64,000 nucleotides of DNA from Balanoglossus misakiensis (taxonomy: Eukaryota; Animalia; Hemichordata): NCBI GenBank assembly GCA_040954595.2, contig CM082585.2, forward strand, positions 5,977,808-6,041,807. The letters run 5' to 3'. Below the pieces are notes generated by a model that did not search any database, was not told the DNA's origin, and saw only the letters and a program-made list of their open reading frames with translations. Made by a program: the position numbers and the translations under genes. Below are positions 1 through 13,477 of the stretch, piece by piece (within the stretch, counting starts at the first letter, position 1; each line of letters begins with the position of its first letter).

Positions 1-304
1 AAGTCAGCATTTAAAATTTGGGACTTTCCATCGGGTTTTCCAGCTAACATCATCAAAATGTACGAATAGCGTTTGCGATCGCAGATGTATTATTAAAACT
101 AGGGTTTTTCCAGTTGGCCATACTTGCCCAGCAGTCCGCCCTGAGCTGAGTCATTCACCAACAACGACGACGCCGAAGCAGCGCATCGCATTTTTCGCTG
201 AACAACGAAGTCGTTCTTTCAAGCCAACATTCGCCGGTCGTTCACCACACATGTATCCTAATATTCTGGAAAGCATTTGCTCCTTGGTCGTGACCCTTCT
301 TGAC

Positions 305-954
305 ATGGCAGAGAAACCTCAACCAGAGGAACCGAGCAGGGAAACCAAACTGAAAGACGCCGCCGCGGAGCTGGGCACCGACCGTCCGATGGCCGAACCA
401 TTTGACATTGATGGTGATGAGAGTGTCAACCCGGTTGTACGAGAGCAACTCAGGAAAGGTAAGCGCTGTATTTCTCGATCTGTGCAGTCTTCACACCATC
501 GCGAACACCTAGTTTTTGCCCAAACCGAATATTGAACGCATGTTGCTTCGAGATGTGTCTGACAAAATTCTTGTCAATTTCAGATCCATATTCATTGTGC
601 CCAATAGCGCAGTCACCCCCCCCCCCTGTTATTACTAGCTATATTCTTAATTGTATAAGAAATGTTATCGTCTGCTTCTTTATGGCGATAGCCAAACGAT
701 TTTAAAGGATATCATAAAATATGTACGAACATTACATGTCTGGTTTGTGTTTGTCCACGACGGCCATTTTGATTTCTAATAGGAATGTCTGGTACAATAA
801 ATATACACGAAGCTCCCTTATATTTGTATCGCCAATACGGTGAAAGATTCGCTTAATTTAAACGTCCCATATTCTGTCTCTTTCAGCAAAAGAACGTCAA
901 CCGCAGTCTGAGACGCAGCCACGGCAGAAGGAAACCAAAAAGCAAGACAGCTAG
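305..954 (+). CDS. Putative two-exon orphan gene, small hydrophilic protein (73 aa; 91 aa if the in-frame ATG at 251 is used)
   Basis: gacATGg at 305; exon 305-458 ends in donor AAG|gtaagc (phase 1). Acceptor tctgtctctttcag|887 continues in frame as AKERQPQSETQPRQKETKKQDS* (TAG 952-954). AATAAA at 1374-1379. Protein: MAEKPQPEEPSRETKLKDAAAELGTDRPMAEPFDIDGDESVNPVVREQLRKAKERQPQSETQPRQKETKKQDS. Confidence 0.55.
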
Positions 955-1835
955 AGATATCCGTCGTGATGACGTTGCCTAATGCCATCGACTGCCATAA
1001 TACCTTCACTGCCAACTGGATCACCATGGTCGACGTGATTGTGACGCTGTGATTTCAGTTCGCCTCCAGTAGGCAAGGACTCATATTGAACTAATACCTG
1101 ACACTAAACCAAAGAGACTTCTTGGGACACAGTAATTAATGTCCAGACATTATGATAAAAGCAGTTCCAAGTACATAGTATGGAAGAAAAAAACATTGAT
1201 TTTTTTACTTTCATTTTTCTGTTTTAATTTGACATGTACGACAATAGACAACACTTTTAACTTACCATTGGGACCTGGTAAATAGGTCTACTATTAGTTT
1301 TCATATCACAGGTCCTTCACAAAACATTTTAGAACAAGCTGGTGGTTGTTATTTTTTATTAAAACTTTATTATAATAAACATAAATCATTCATGGATTGA
1401 ATATCGTTTTTCTTGTGCTTACTTTTGAGACCACTGCAAACTTGGCCAATATTGTGTTTAACGAAGTACTATCAGGCCACGGGGCATAATTTTGTGTTTT
1501 TCGTGGCTGTTAAATTTGCCTCAGAGACCAATGATACTGGATAGAGGCCGACTGAACTTTAACATAATGTGACCTGGCGGTTGAACGCAGTCCGTCATTT
1601 GTTTGAAGGGACGAAAATAGCAATGGTGAAACTGTTTGAGGCGGTGCTTCGCGTGATAGAGACTGATTGGCAAGTCTAGTATAGTGGTACGTACAGGACC
1701 AGTTCAGTTCAGCATAATGTCTGGCCAATAGCCAACATCTATCTTTAGGATTCTTTACGATTCGGGGATTTTTACTGTTTCTGTTTCTGTTTTACGAAAA
1801 TGTTGATCGACTATGGGTAGCTCGTCAATAGTATG

Positions 1836-1837
<2 letters not shown>

Positions 1838-1919
<82 letters not shown>
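1838..1919. repeat. (TC)n microsatellite
   Basis: Uninterrupted TC dinucleotide run of about 80 nt. Confidence 0.98.
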
Positions 1920-1924
<5 letters not shown>

Positions 1925-4900
1925 TCAACATTTGTGACAACAGTTACTCATTTTGCAGTATCATCGAAAAAAATAGCCAATATTAGCTGGGAGTTTGGCA
2001 TTGTTTGGCACAAAATTATTTCTCGAGAATTCACAAAGTTCACTGGTATTTCTACTGTGTTGGCTCTACCATGCGCAGGTCACGTTTGGTAGGGACGCAC
2101 GTTCAGTCATTTAGATCGACATTATATGTTCGGCAGGCAGAATTGTTGTCATTTTGTCCCTGACTCTGACTCGTTGGTAAAAAAAGAAGAATTTCCAATT
2201 GGAAAACCACGGATATTTTTCTGAAGTCCTAGACGTGTAAGCTTAGAACTCGTCTGCAAATATATGGATCACGACTTCGCGACATAACATACCTCGAAAT
2301 AAAATCCACTCAGAAATACACGAGCCTTCCGTTCGTCACACCATTCTACCACCCTGTAATTATTTTGTCGTTTTTACAACATTAAGAAATGTATAAATCG
2401 TTCGATTTTGAAATTCTGTGTGATGGTTCTAGAATTTCCCATTAGCCACTAACACTGGGATTGTTAGATCAAATTTATGAATCATTCCGAGGTGAATTCC
2501 CTTATCCATTATTGGGATATGTGCTATTTTCATCGGGGGATTTTTTCCCCATTGTGGTGGGGAGTTACCCTCGGCTTCATTCCAATTCACAGGTTTTCGT
2601 CACCGATTTCGAACTATAGTATCGTCACAAATCACTTGCCGAAGACATGCGCGCAGCTAGTCTTTTAGTTCACTGGAATCATAACCATATAAGGTAGTAT
2701 AATCTTTTTCAACGTTACGACTCCGTCTCCATTGAATGATGCTATATTTCTGTTAACTCGAGAAAGTTCAGTTTCTTGAAATCTGGAAATTTGTAACTAG
2801 TAGTCCCTAAGCTTTGCAAAATCTATCCTTTTAGTTTTAGCCACGTGTCATACAACCGTTGCATCTATTTTATAGGGACACAGGGCCTATTCTAGATCTT
2901 TGATTGAGCCGTATTAACAACCTTCATGTACCAACCACCCCACTCCCAAATAAAATGCATTCAACCAGTTTAGAAGTAAACGTTCCTCTTACTGTGATTT
3001 TTCTAACGTCCCTCTTAACAGTTAATTAGTTATACATTATATAGGAGGATAATTTTATACATCCGATTAACGTTTAATGAAAAAAGAATACAGCTATACG
3101 ATTTGAACGCACTGTAGTGTAAGTGTTAATCATTTACGAGGGACGTTCCCTGCGTGTTCGCGTCCCGAGCTATATATACTTCAATGACAAGGGGTTTTTC
3201 ATATGCATTGTCTTTTAGGCGACTACGGTATTCTATGTCGCTGTTGTTCTTTCTATTATCAAGAAATCTTTCAGCTCAGTAAAACTTGAACATACATGCA
3301 CATGGGTTTTTTGCTGATTTGATTTTGTTCTGCAGAATTTTTTATTGTGTTTGAGCTAATTCGGGCCTCTCAATCGGTCGTTCAACAGTGACGCTCGAAA
3401 TAAAACATTCTTAGTATTAAAATGCCAATCTGTTTAAAGAATGGTTCTTTGTTTAATAAAATTACACTGAGTGCCATCAACAGCTAATAAAAGAGGTGAG
3501 AAACAGAGAATTTTCCTAATTTACGACGAACTATCGCAAACTAGAACTCTCGACAACCGGTTCGGTTCATTTCCAGAGAAAATAAAATGTCCTTGTTAAA
3601 GTCGCGGCCCCTCCACACAATGCATCAGTAATAATTCTTACGGTTAACGTCTATGAGCAAAATTGCATTTTTACTTGATTTAAGAACACTGGAAGCATAA
3701 TTTTGGCATGTTTGTAGCTGCCGAAACGAAACGAGAATATTTCTATTTGACAAGGGTACAAAGGGCAGTTCTAATGATGACGTGTATAAAGTGTTATACA
3801 ATGTGTACGTCTATATAGGGGGTTTGCTAGTTACTCATAGGGAGATTCCCGCATTTCTCGTTAAGATATATCTCCACGGGGATTATTGTTAATTGTTTGT
3901 TTGTTTGTGTTGTAATATGCATACAAAACAGCACCACTGCCCGAAGGCTGACCTACTACGATCATATTAGCTTTTTCGTTCGTACCGACTCTGTTTATTT
4001 TTGCTATTAATAAACCCTGTTTAAATACGGCTATTTTTCAGATGGAATATTTCTGTTCAGCTACATTCTAATAGTCGAATGCCTGACGGATGATGAAATG
4101 CCGAGTGTTTTTAACATAACAGCACAGACTAATGTCAATGCTGGCGAATCAAAAACCCTTATAAAAGCTTCGCTGTCATTAATACGCATATATGACGCAT
4201 AAGTGACATGTACGATATGTGCTCTTTCTGTGCAAATCCGTGCCTGGCTTGTCTTTTTCTCAGGCAACCAGTAGAAGCTTCTAGATTTTTGCACTATTGC
4301 GACAGTCCTCCAAGGTCGATAGTATTTTATGTGCATGCTCAGTAGTCTTGCTGACGTGTGTCGTATTGCGCATGTACACGTATGTCTTCAGATAAAAGCT
4401 CTATATTTATTATTAGGGATTTTCACTGTTGGGCAAGGTATCTACTTACGACACAGGTAATGTCTATTTTCTGTCGGGGAGTACCCTACACAAAACAGAT
4501 CATTGTTCACCAACAATAACTTGGCAACGTTACAGTGCGTTTATGAATGAATTTACAATAGACCACACCCTTGTATCGTAGGTTGGGTTATCAAATTTTA
4601 AGTCATTGTTTATCGTTCACACACGCGTTTGATATTTGATTCAACATAGCTATTCCGGTGAAACAGGTCATTTGCGAAACTGCTGTATCAGCTGATCAGC
4701 CGTGGCGCATTTCAACGAAAAATCATGTATTGAATCCCAATCGACCTTTCAAGAACGCCATGCAGAACATCGTTTGCTTCGTAGAAGAGACGACTCAGCG
4801 AGCCACGTATTTAATAGGCCCTACGTGATCCCAGCCGTTAATACATTGCTCAAGAAGATTCCGACAATTTGACAACAATCTGCAGACTTATCTATCCGTG

Positions 4901-6879
4901 TGCATCTCCCGAAAATGTCAAATGTAGACGACAAATAACATATTTTGTTGTCATGTTACACTTCGGTCGTGTCGCTGTGACGGTGGAAGGGTACTACAAT
5001 GAAGGGCGGCTCCTCATTGTTATGCAAAGCTTTGACCTCAGATGACCTCGAGATATCACAATAGAAACCGCCGCATGTAAAAGCTGCGCGTACGCAGATA
5101 TGTCACGCATGCAGTCTCACGGTTCAAACCCCTCATCAGACAGGCAATGATGTCATTGCTTTATCGTCAACATCAATCTTCTCATGTGAAAATAAGACGC
5201 AGAGCACACCTGAATCGCAGATCACAATTCCGCTTTTATTGGCAATGAATTTAAACGATCTTAAACTATAATATTTACAATAAAGAAATATAAATGAAAA
5301 ATCAAGGAAAACTACATACTTTATATTTCAGAAGCTGGTGCGTGCGAAGAAATGGAAAACTTAGGCCTACTGAGTATTTTAAATGCTCAATCATTTGACT
5401 TTATTTTCACTGTTTTGTCTCATAACAGATGTCATGTATAATTATACAGATTTAAAGTCTTACAAACTGAACACTATGTGTATGTAGACATATAGGATAC
5501 AATGACATCACATCTCCATTAGCAAGCATATATCATAAACGTTATGTTATGCACCCATCTACATACACTTTGATGACATGATTTGGTTCAATTCACAAAA
5601 TGCACATTGTTCTCCCGTTCTCATGTGAAAATAAGACATAGACCAATTAGCATTGACTAAAGTAACTTTTAAAACTTACATTAGCTGCCGGAGAGCTACA
5701 AAGAGTGATCAGCTGGGCTGACCTCTCTATGTTCAAATATTCCAAGATAAAATGTCACTTGATTATCATCATTATCAAAAGAAGTTTTTAGTTGACTATG
5801 TTCGTTTCTGAAAACGCCTACAATCTATAGTGACAGACTGGGGTGAGGTTTTCGACTAACGTGCAATTGTTCGTCGTGTATAAGTGCGTTGGGTGAGTTG
5901 TCAATGGTGTGTTAGTGCGTGTGCGTGCATGCATGTGTGTGTATGTACGTATGCATGTATGTGTGTATTTGACGCATGCGCAATCATCGCCGTTTTGATT
6001 TATAAAATTTCAGCCTAGGAAATGTAAAATTTCTAACATACTATTAAACGCAGCATTATCGGTGGTGTGAAGTGGAATGTACACAATCAATGTACCCATT
6101 TCCCGATATTCATTCGAGGAAAAAAATTACATTACTGTCATCATCACCCAATATCGAGTCTTTTTAAACTTGAGCATGTCTATAGTAAGATAAATGAACT
6201 AGGAGTGGGTTCCTTGGATTATGAACATTTTTCAATTTCTTAAATTTTCAAAAAGTGCATAAAGTGCATAAAATCGTGATACAAGAGAAAGGGAAAAACT
6301 GGTGAATCCAAAGATACTAGTATTCTATCAAAGATCACAGAAAACGATATTGGAACCAGTGATCTATTACCGGAATGGTGATTAAATATTTGACAAAAAA
6401 TGGGACACGGTCTTTCAAAAGTGACGTGTAACACTAGTATAAAATCTTCGCATATTAATTAAACTGATTGTCTCATAACGCACATTCTCGGCCCGTTATC
6501 GAACTCTTTTATGGGAAGAAAGTAAATTCAGTGGCACAATATTAACTGCATACGACTCTAAGTATTGACAGAGTTCCGATGTTATGTGTTGAACAAAACT
6601 TAGAAACTGGTGGGAATAATCTAAAATTGGTTGGATGGAGCAAATAATGAGAACAAGTTTAAGTCTTTGTTTTTTTCGAGACGCATATTACCTTTATGAA
6701 ACGGATGTTTAATTATTCTCAATGAAATCCGAATATGGGCGTCTGAATGGGGTCGTTCATGTATCACGTGATTAAGAGGGCGCTGTTTCGTGGCAGAAAA
6801 AAAATCTGAAAATACAAATGCTGATTGTGTCACATCGTCAAAGTTTATCCATACGCTAAATTTAAATGCATTTTTATAA

Positions 6880-7510
6880 AAGTTTTTTTTAAGTTTCAAA
6901 AAATTGCCCCAAAATACAAGATTGCAGATTTTGTCATACCCGTAATTTGAACTAAACTTAAGCCACATCTTTAAGAACCCGCATACCAAATTTCAAAACA
7001 GTCGAAATGCGGTGTCAGAGAAGATGATTTTTACCGAAAATTTACCCCAAAAATGTAAATGTACAAATTTAGCCACAACCACAATTTGAATAAATTTGAC
7101 TAAGGTTACCCCTTGGAAATTGCATACAAAATTTCTAAGTAATTGAGGTTAAAGAGAAGATATGATTTTTGACCCACAAAATATCACCCAATAGAACAAT
7201 ATGTAAATATAATCACAATTTGAATAAATCTGACGAAGGACATCCCTTGGAACCTGCATACCCAATTTCAACGCAATCAGACGATTGGTTTCAGTAGAGA
7301 ATTTTGATTGAAAACGGCAAAAATTCCCCCCAAATAATGCAATATTGCAGATTGTGTCAAGATTTAAAAAATGAATTAGATTATTACAGTCCTAGTGACT
7401 TGTATATCGAATACAAAAGCTTATGATCAGTGATTTCTGGAAGTCATTATTGTCGACGGACGGCAGACGACGACTTATAATTAGCCTATCTGATAAGCTC
7501 CGCGCCACTG
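6880..7510. mobile_element. Degenerate tandem array of about 130-bp units, resembling non-autonomous Helitron/Helentron (HINE)-associated repeats of marine invertebrates
   Basis: Recurring blocks aatttgaa(c/t)aaa...(t/c)gcata(c/a)caaattt(c)...gaagat(g)atttt at about 6945, 7083 and 7216. Ends in a gacggacggcagacgacgac-type motif near 7455. Confidence 0.45.
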
Positions 7511-8297
7511 ACATGTCGACAATGGAGGAGGGGGAAAGGGGAGGGGGGGGGTATAATGTGATACTTGGAACCCAGTTCATCAATTTATCAAGTCATTGCA
7601 TGTGCTTCCGACCAACCCTATTATAAACCCGCGGTACTTAACCATCTACCCACAATGCAAAATTGGAAAATTTGTCAAATTTCGTGTTTTTTATCGTAGA
7701 CGCAGATACTACATTTTATAATAAAACTATCCCAACCGACCTATCCGTATTGTCTATCTACTTTGTATCCAGAAACAGTTTTACAGGGCGTACGATAATT
7801 GTTTTAACACAAAAATGTGTTTGATTTTTCCGCAATTGGCACCTGATGGACCCCACTTGAAATACATCATGAATTTGGCGCATGTTTTTTGTATAAATGT
7901 CAAGATTCCACTGCGTCCAGTTCAATAGCTACTAAGGGGATGTTTCATTGAATAAATTTAAAGGGGAAATACTTAAATCTGTAAATCAAACAGGTTGGTC
8001 TCATGGTGTACTCTTGTTCTTCCCCCGGTTCTTTCATCCGTTCATGTGTTCTGTTTCCTCTGATATTGAATTCACGCTATGATTTCTCAAAGCATCTTCT
8101 GAGTTCCAGCACGTAATGTTACCGAATGCATCAGTCTCCAAACATCCAAACGGTCTCCAATCGGTTGAACAACACAACGCCGTCTCCGAAAAAATGTTAC
8201 CGGCAGCACAGTGATGTGACCGCCGCCGAGTTTCGGAGAGCCCCCGTGATGAGCGTCGCCGCGTCGGGGGTACTTCAATTTGTCCACAGCTCACACA

Positions 8298-9209
8298 GTC
8301 ACGGCATATCCATGGCAACCAGACAGTAGAGCCAGAATACAGGCGCAGACTTATAAACCATCACCGGATAATGAATTTCTTGACTCGTCCCTTGAAATAT
8401 CATCCAACCCGCATTGTGCGATGTAAGATCTATATTTTTGGGTCGTTGTAAGTTAATAGGCGGTGGCAAAATGTCGTCAGTTATATGACACCTGCAGAAA
8501 CAAATGACAAGATAATACGCATTTCAAAAATACAATAATTGATGAAAGCAAGTGAAGAACTGCAACACATACATATATTGAGATTTCACAGCAGTAGACC
8601 AGTTTCTGCAGAGTGCGAGATCTTAATTACCGTTAATTACCGTAGCAGCGGGTTGCTAGCCAAGTAATACAAATCTAGCTATATAAGGTGTTAAGATTGT
8701 ACAACGAATGCATATAATTTAAATATCAGTGGTGGATGAACAATAAGGGTGTACGTCATTAACATAGCGTTAGCTGTAGTAGCCGTACACCTGGGTATTT
8801 TGAATATTACGTAAGGGTTTTTGATTTTTGACTCTCGGCAAGGGCAGTCAAGTGGCGTGAGCCGACCAGAAAACAGACAAGTTGTACTCGGCCATGAGCG
8901 ACGGGGACTGGAATCTTGTAATCCACGTGGGAGCTCGGTGTTGAAGTTCAGCACGTCGGTATGTCCTGTTGGTTTGAATTCAGCGTTGCTCTCGGACTTA
9001 AAATGCATGTCTACGCCAGCAAATGTAAGTGAAGTGAACCTGTTACTTTCTTCTGAGAGGACTTCAGGAAAGAACTTTGTGAGAAAGCAGCACGCCAGCG
9101 TGAACCATCGTCGGGTCGGTGCGGAGAACTCACGGAACACTGAATTATCGCGTCCGCTCACCACGTGTGTAATATTACCACGGAACTGATACAAGTTTCT
9201 TGAGGACAT
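8298..9209 (-). CDS. Possible two-exon orphan ORF, no recognisable domain
   Basis: 172-aa ORF 9209-8691. A strong acceptor tttgtttctgcag near 8492 opens a roughly 63-codon frame (CHITDDILPPPINLQRPK...AMDMP*) whose phase matches a weak donor CCCAG|gtgtac near 8791. No homology recognised. Confidence 0.2.
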
Positions 9210-11445
9210 TACAATATTTCAGTAAGAACCCTAGTAACATTTAAGTTTCAGTGCTTGTACTATGATATTATTTTTCTTCCTGTGACAAATAGATTCGCAG
9301 TGAAACATATAACTTTGGGTGTACTGTGTATCATTGTTGTTGCTGTCTTGGTTCGTAACAAAGGATAGAATAGGTTTAACAACAATAGGCCATATGTTTG
9401 GTTGTCCTATGTAACATGAGAAGTCCTCCCATATATACAGTGCCTGGCCACGCGAGATCTCACAGGATTCGAAAAATGGTCTATTCGTAAACGTCGACAG
9501 GCCCAGGCCAACTTTGGTTGCTATGGGAGTGTGTCTAGACCTCCCAAGACCCGATTCATGGCCGAATGCCGCGCCGGCGACATCAGATGACCTTACAGTG
9601 GGTGTATCACTGAATTGATCAAGGATTTTGCAGCGGAATTGAACTCAAATTTGACTGGTCCCAACACCGTTTCGCGTTTTTGTTTTAGCCCAATTGTCGT
9701 TCAAAAATGTACAAATTTAGTCAACGATATAATTTACTTTGTGAATTTATAATCTGTGGTGCACAGTTCATATGAAACAGCTTGCGCTTATACCTTCATA
9801 ATCCCTACATATGTACAATATAGCATTACATTACAAAGGCGTTTTATCAGCAACCTTGTCCTCTTAGATCGCGGCGCATGCGCTAAATTCCAGACAATGC
9901 CAACTTTCCGTTATAGTGAAAACCTTGGATTATTCACCTTTCCCGGCTTTATTAGGTTCATATACGAGCGATTATCAAAATGTCTTCTTTTCATCAGAAG
10001 ATATCGCAAGATACAGTGAATTTCACAAAATGGTTAAACGAGTATAAATTCCCATAACTGCCGAAAATTTTTGACAAATGTATCTCACAGTCAGATTGTC
10101 TAATTGTGGAGAGCTGGTCTCCCAACTCTGTGCATAATCATCAGAAATTCGTAGGGAATATAGTGCACACACAAAGTGCAAATTTTGAAATACAGATAAA
10201 CAGTAACGTCGACAATATCGGACGTTTAAACTACATGTATAAACCGAGACATCGTTTCAAGTCCTGCTTGGTATAGATAAAAAAATACTAACCTGGAAAA
10301 TAACCTTTAGCAGACGGTTACCAATCCACCGCGACATCAAATTTCCAGATGATTATGATCTGATGTGGCTGGGACGATTCCACTTCTTGAGAACCCCCTC
10401 CCCTCCCCCCTCCTCCAAAACCTCACCGCACTCCCAACCAGGACAGTCTGTGATCCAACCGTCCGTCGTCCGTTGTATTTATACCATCGGCACAAATTTT
10501 CCAGTCATTCACCGTCGCCAGTGGACCGTGACACCGCCCACTGCTGGCATAACCTGGCCGTGACCGCCAAGGTGATGCGATTAAGTCACGTGACCCGACG
10601 CCGCACGGTTTCGGTCGTTTGGAGACGGCATCACATTTCAGGTTCAGGGTCGGATGGCGTCATTTTGAAAACGTGTCAATCAAGACGTGACGTCAGATTT
10701 ACCTTGTCTGCGCCCGAAACATTGTATAATGATAGTTCATTTTTTCTTAACTATTATACAGCTGAAGGCGATTTAGACTTTTTTGCGTTTCTTTTATGCT
10801 CGCTCCCGCGGGGGATTTATCAGCTGACAACCTTGTCTTTTGGGGGGGGGCGTCTCTATGTCCTCAGCCTTGACTTTGCGAGTCTTAAAACCGGTCACTG
10901 GAAAAGCGGTCATGGGCGTTGTAACATTGACATGTACGAATGCTGCGGAGAGACGGGTTGAGGTTCTTCCGCACCCTTTCTGGTGTCCCTGGCCGAAAAA
11001 GTCACGGTTAATTCCTAGCTGCAATGATTGTTAATTCCATGTCAAAATATTGCCCTGTGGTGATTTTTTTTCACTTGAACGACAAAATAACCATAATAAT
11101 GTTAAAAGTTGGCGACTTTGACACGATCGTTGACCTACAGTCTATCAAGATAGGTATAGGACATGATGATATTTTTTGAGGGACTGTGGCCCTTTAATGT
11201 TTGTCCGCGTCTCTGGACGTATCTATATTCACGGTCACTCCACACATGCAGGACCGTGCCATAAACTACGCCATTCTCACATGAAATTGTACCCAGAAAT
11301 TATATTTTAAGTAGCGAGGAACTCAAGACACTTCATGCTGAGTTGCAAATATCTTTTCCTACTACATGTAGTAGGCGACCGCCATCGACCAGGTGTTAGA
11401 ACCCTTACAAATGTATTTCCCCGCGTGAGGGCGTCTACGCGCTTT

Positions 11446-11628
11446 AGGGGAGAACCATTTGATTTCGGGGGGGGGGAGAGATTTGTTATCAGATGGTGCG
11501 GGGGAACGATGTTCTTCTGCAATGCCTTGAGAAAAAAGTTGGCCTGGCATTAGAAAAAATCCTGTAATATTTGGCTGAAAAAATGGCTGACATACTGAAA
11601 TCTCCCTCGAAATCAAATGGTTCTTCCA
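11446..11628. mobile_element. Short MITE, Harbinger-like (copy 1 of 2)
   Basis: Imperfect TIRs ggggagaaccatttgatttcg / cgaaatcaaatggttcttcca with TTA flanks. Internal ttcttctgcaatgccttgaga...ctggcat is shared with 54345-54554. Confidence 0.6.
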
Positions 11629-13477
11629 TTATGGTAGAATTTTTGAACAAGACGACCTTCTTTGTGAAAAATGTGTCGGAAATTAACTGAAGACAAGTAG
11701 GTTGGATAAATATGTTTAATTTATTAATTCATTGGAATCAAATTACAATTAAGTATTTCTTTATGGCAGTTGAGAATTCAAGACAATGCACGCTGAATTG
11801 GCAAAAATAATCAGAATTGATTTTACTTTTATGTTGTACATTATGGCAGTTTTTTTTTCAGAATAAAAAATACAAAACGCAACGTCCCCACAAATTATTT
11901 ACATTATTTAGTCAGTATTTTTTTAAAGCAATAGAAGGCGAGGTGACAGGGAAGAAAATGTTTAACCGGAAATCAGAACCAACAAAGGGACAAAAACAGT
12001 TAAAGTCACATAAACACAAAAAAGGAGAAAAGCACAGAAAATTGGCAGTGCCGGATAAAATTTATCACGAGACAACCTGAGTCCAAATGTTTTTGCATTA
12101 ATCTATGTTGGATCACCCGAGCCAGATCAAATCTTTGCATCGGATCAAATTATTACCATATGATCAAAACCAGTAACCTTATCAATTATGAAGCCAAATC
12201 AAATCAAATCAAGAGCAGACAATCATGCAAATCAGCGAAAAAATATGCAAAATATGAAAAATATGCAAATTGCTAATTAAGTATGCATTCTGAGCACACA
12301 AAACACCACAAAAAACACTAGCACATAAACAACATAGAAAAACTGATTTGGCCACAAGAATGGAACCAAGCTAAAGGCAGTGTTATATTAAAGTCATAAC
12401 GACGTACTCATAGGTTTTACTAAACCACAGCACATGTTGCTGTGATATTTCCACTTTTTACTTCAGACACCGGAAAATAATAACTAAACAGTTTTGACAT
12501 TTTTCATGCACATTTGGACATGATGGATGGAATGAAACACTTGAAATGAAAAAAAGAGATAATAAAATGGAAGAACTAATACAAACAACTGATTACACAT
12601 TCAGTTCAAACAATCACAGACAATAAATATTTCAGTTATGAATCATATCAATTCTATTGTGATAAAACAGATTATGAAATATTTCTTGTATTATTTTATA
12701 CATTTATATTACTATCAAAACACTATATGTTTCAAATATATATACGAAAATAAGGCACTGAAGTTTGATGGAATGGTGATCTTTAAAACTCTTCCAATTT
12801 TTTTTTCATTCTGGATCAGTCAGAAAAACATTGAAAACGCCGAACTCGCAAGAATTAACTCCCCCTTTTAGACATTTTTACAAAGTCTGGCATATTACAA
12901 AGCTAACTTCCGTCAATTTTGATGTTCAGGACAGACATGGTGAATGGTACATCGGCAAAGTCCCACACTGTAACCATGCAACAATCACAGCCCCCGGTGA
13001 AGGGATGTGAACAACATAGATGGTACATGGGTGTGCTCCATCTGACTGTATTTTGCAAAGGCTCCCTGTACATTCAGTATTCTGTGTCTTGATACAACAT
13101 TGTCTCAAGTCAAGTAAACACTTTCTTCCTCGCGTCTTCGTTTATGATTTCGCATTGTTACCCATTGACAGGATTGTCCCTGCAACAAACTTTATCAGGA
13201 ACTGACCTGTGCTAAAATTCAGCCATCATGTAACATCTGAAGCAACTAAGTACAAAAAATGCCTCAATTAAGTATTATGCAACTCTAGCGTAACAAGATT
13301 GGATACATGTACTTTCATTTCATAGTTTACGTAAACTTATTGAATTGTACCCAAAACCGTACATAAACCATGCATCGTAGCATTGTGACCAACATACATC
13401 ATACTCCCTATCTTTGTGACCAAAAGTAACACCATACTCCCTAGCTTTGTGACCGACCGACCAACATCGACAATTCT

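Noticed and set aside
1755-1940. ORF with an (RE)n tract
   Set aside because: Translation artefact of the (TC)n microsatellite.
10365-10961. 198-aa ORF in a GC-richer patch
   Set aside because: No domain, convincing splice context or coding-like composition. Probably chance or repeat-derived.
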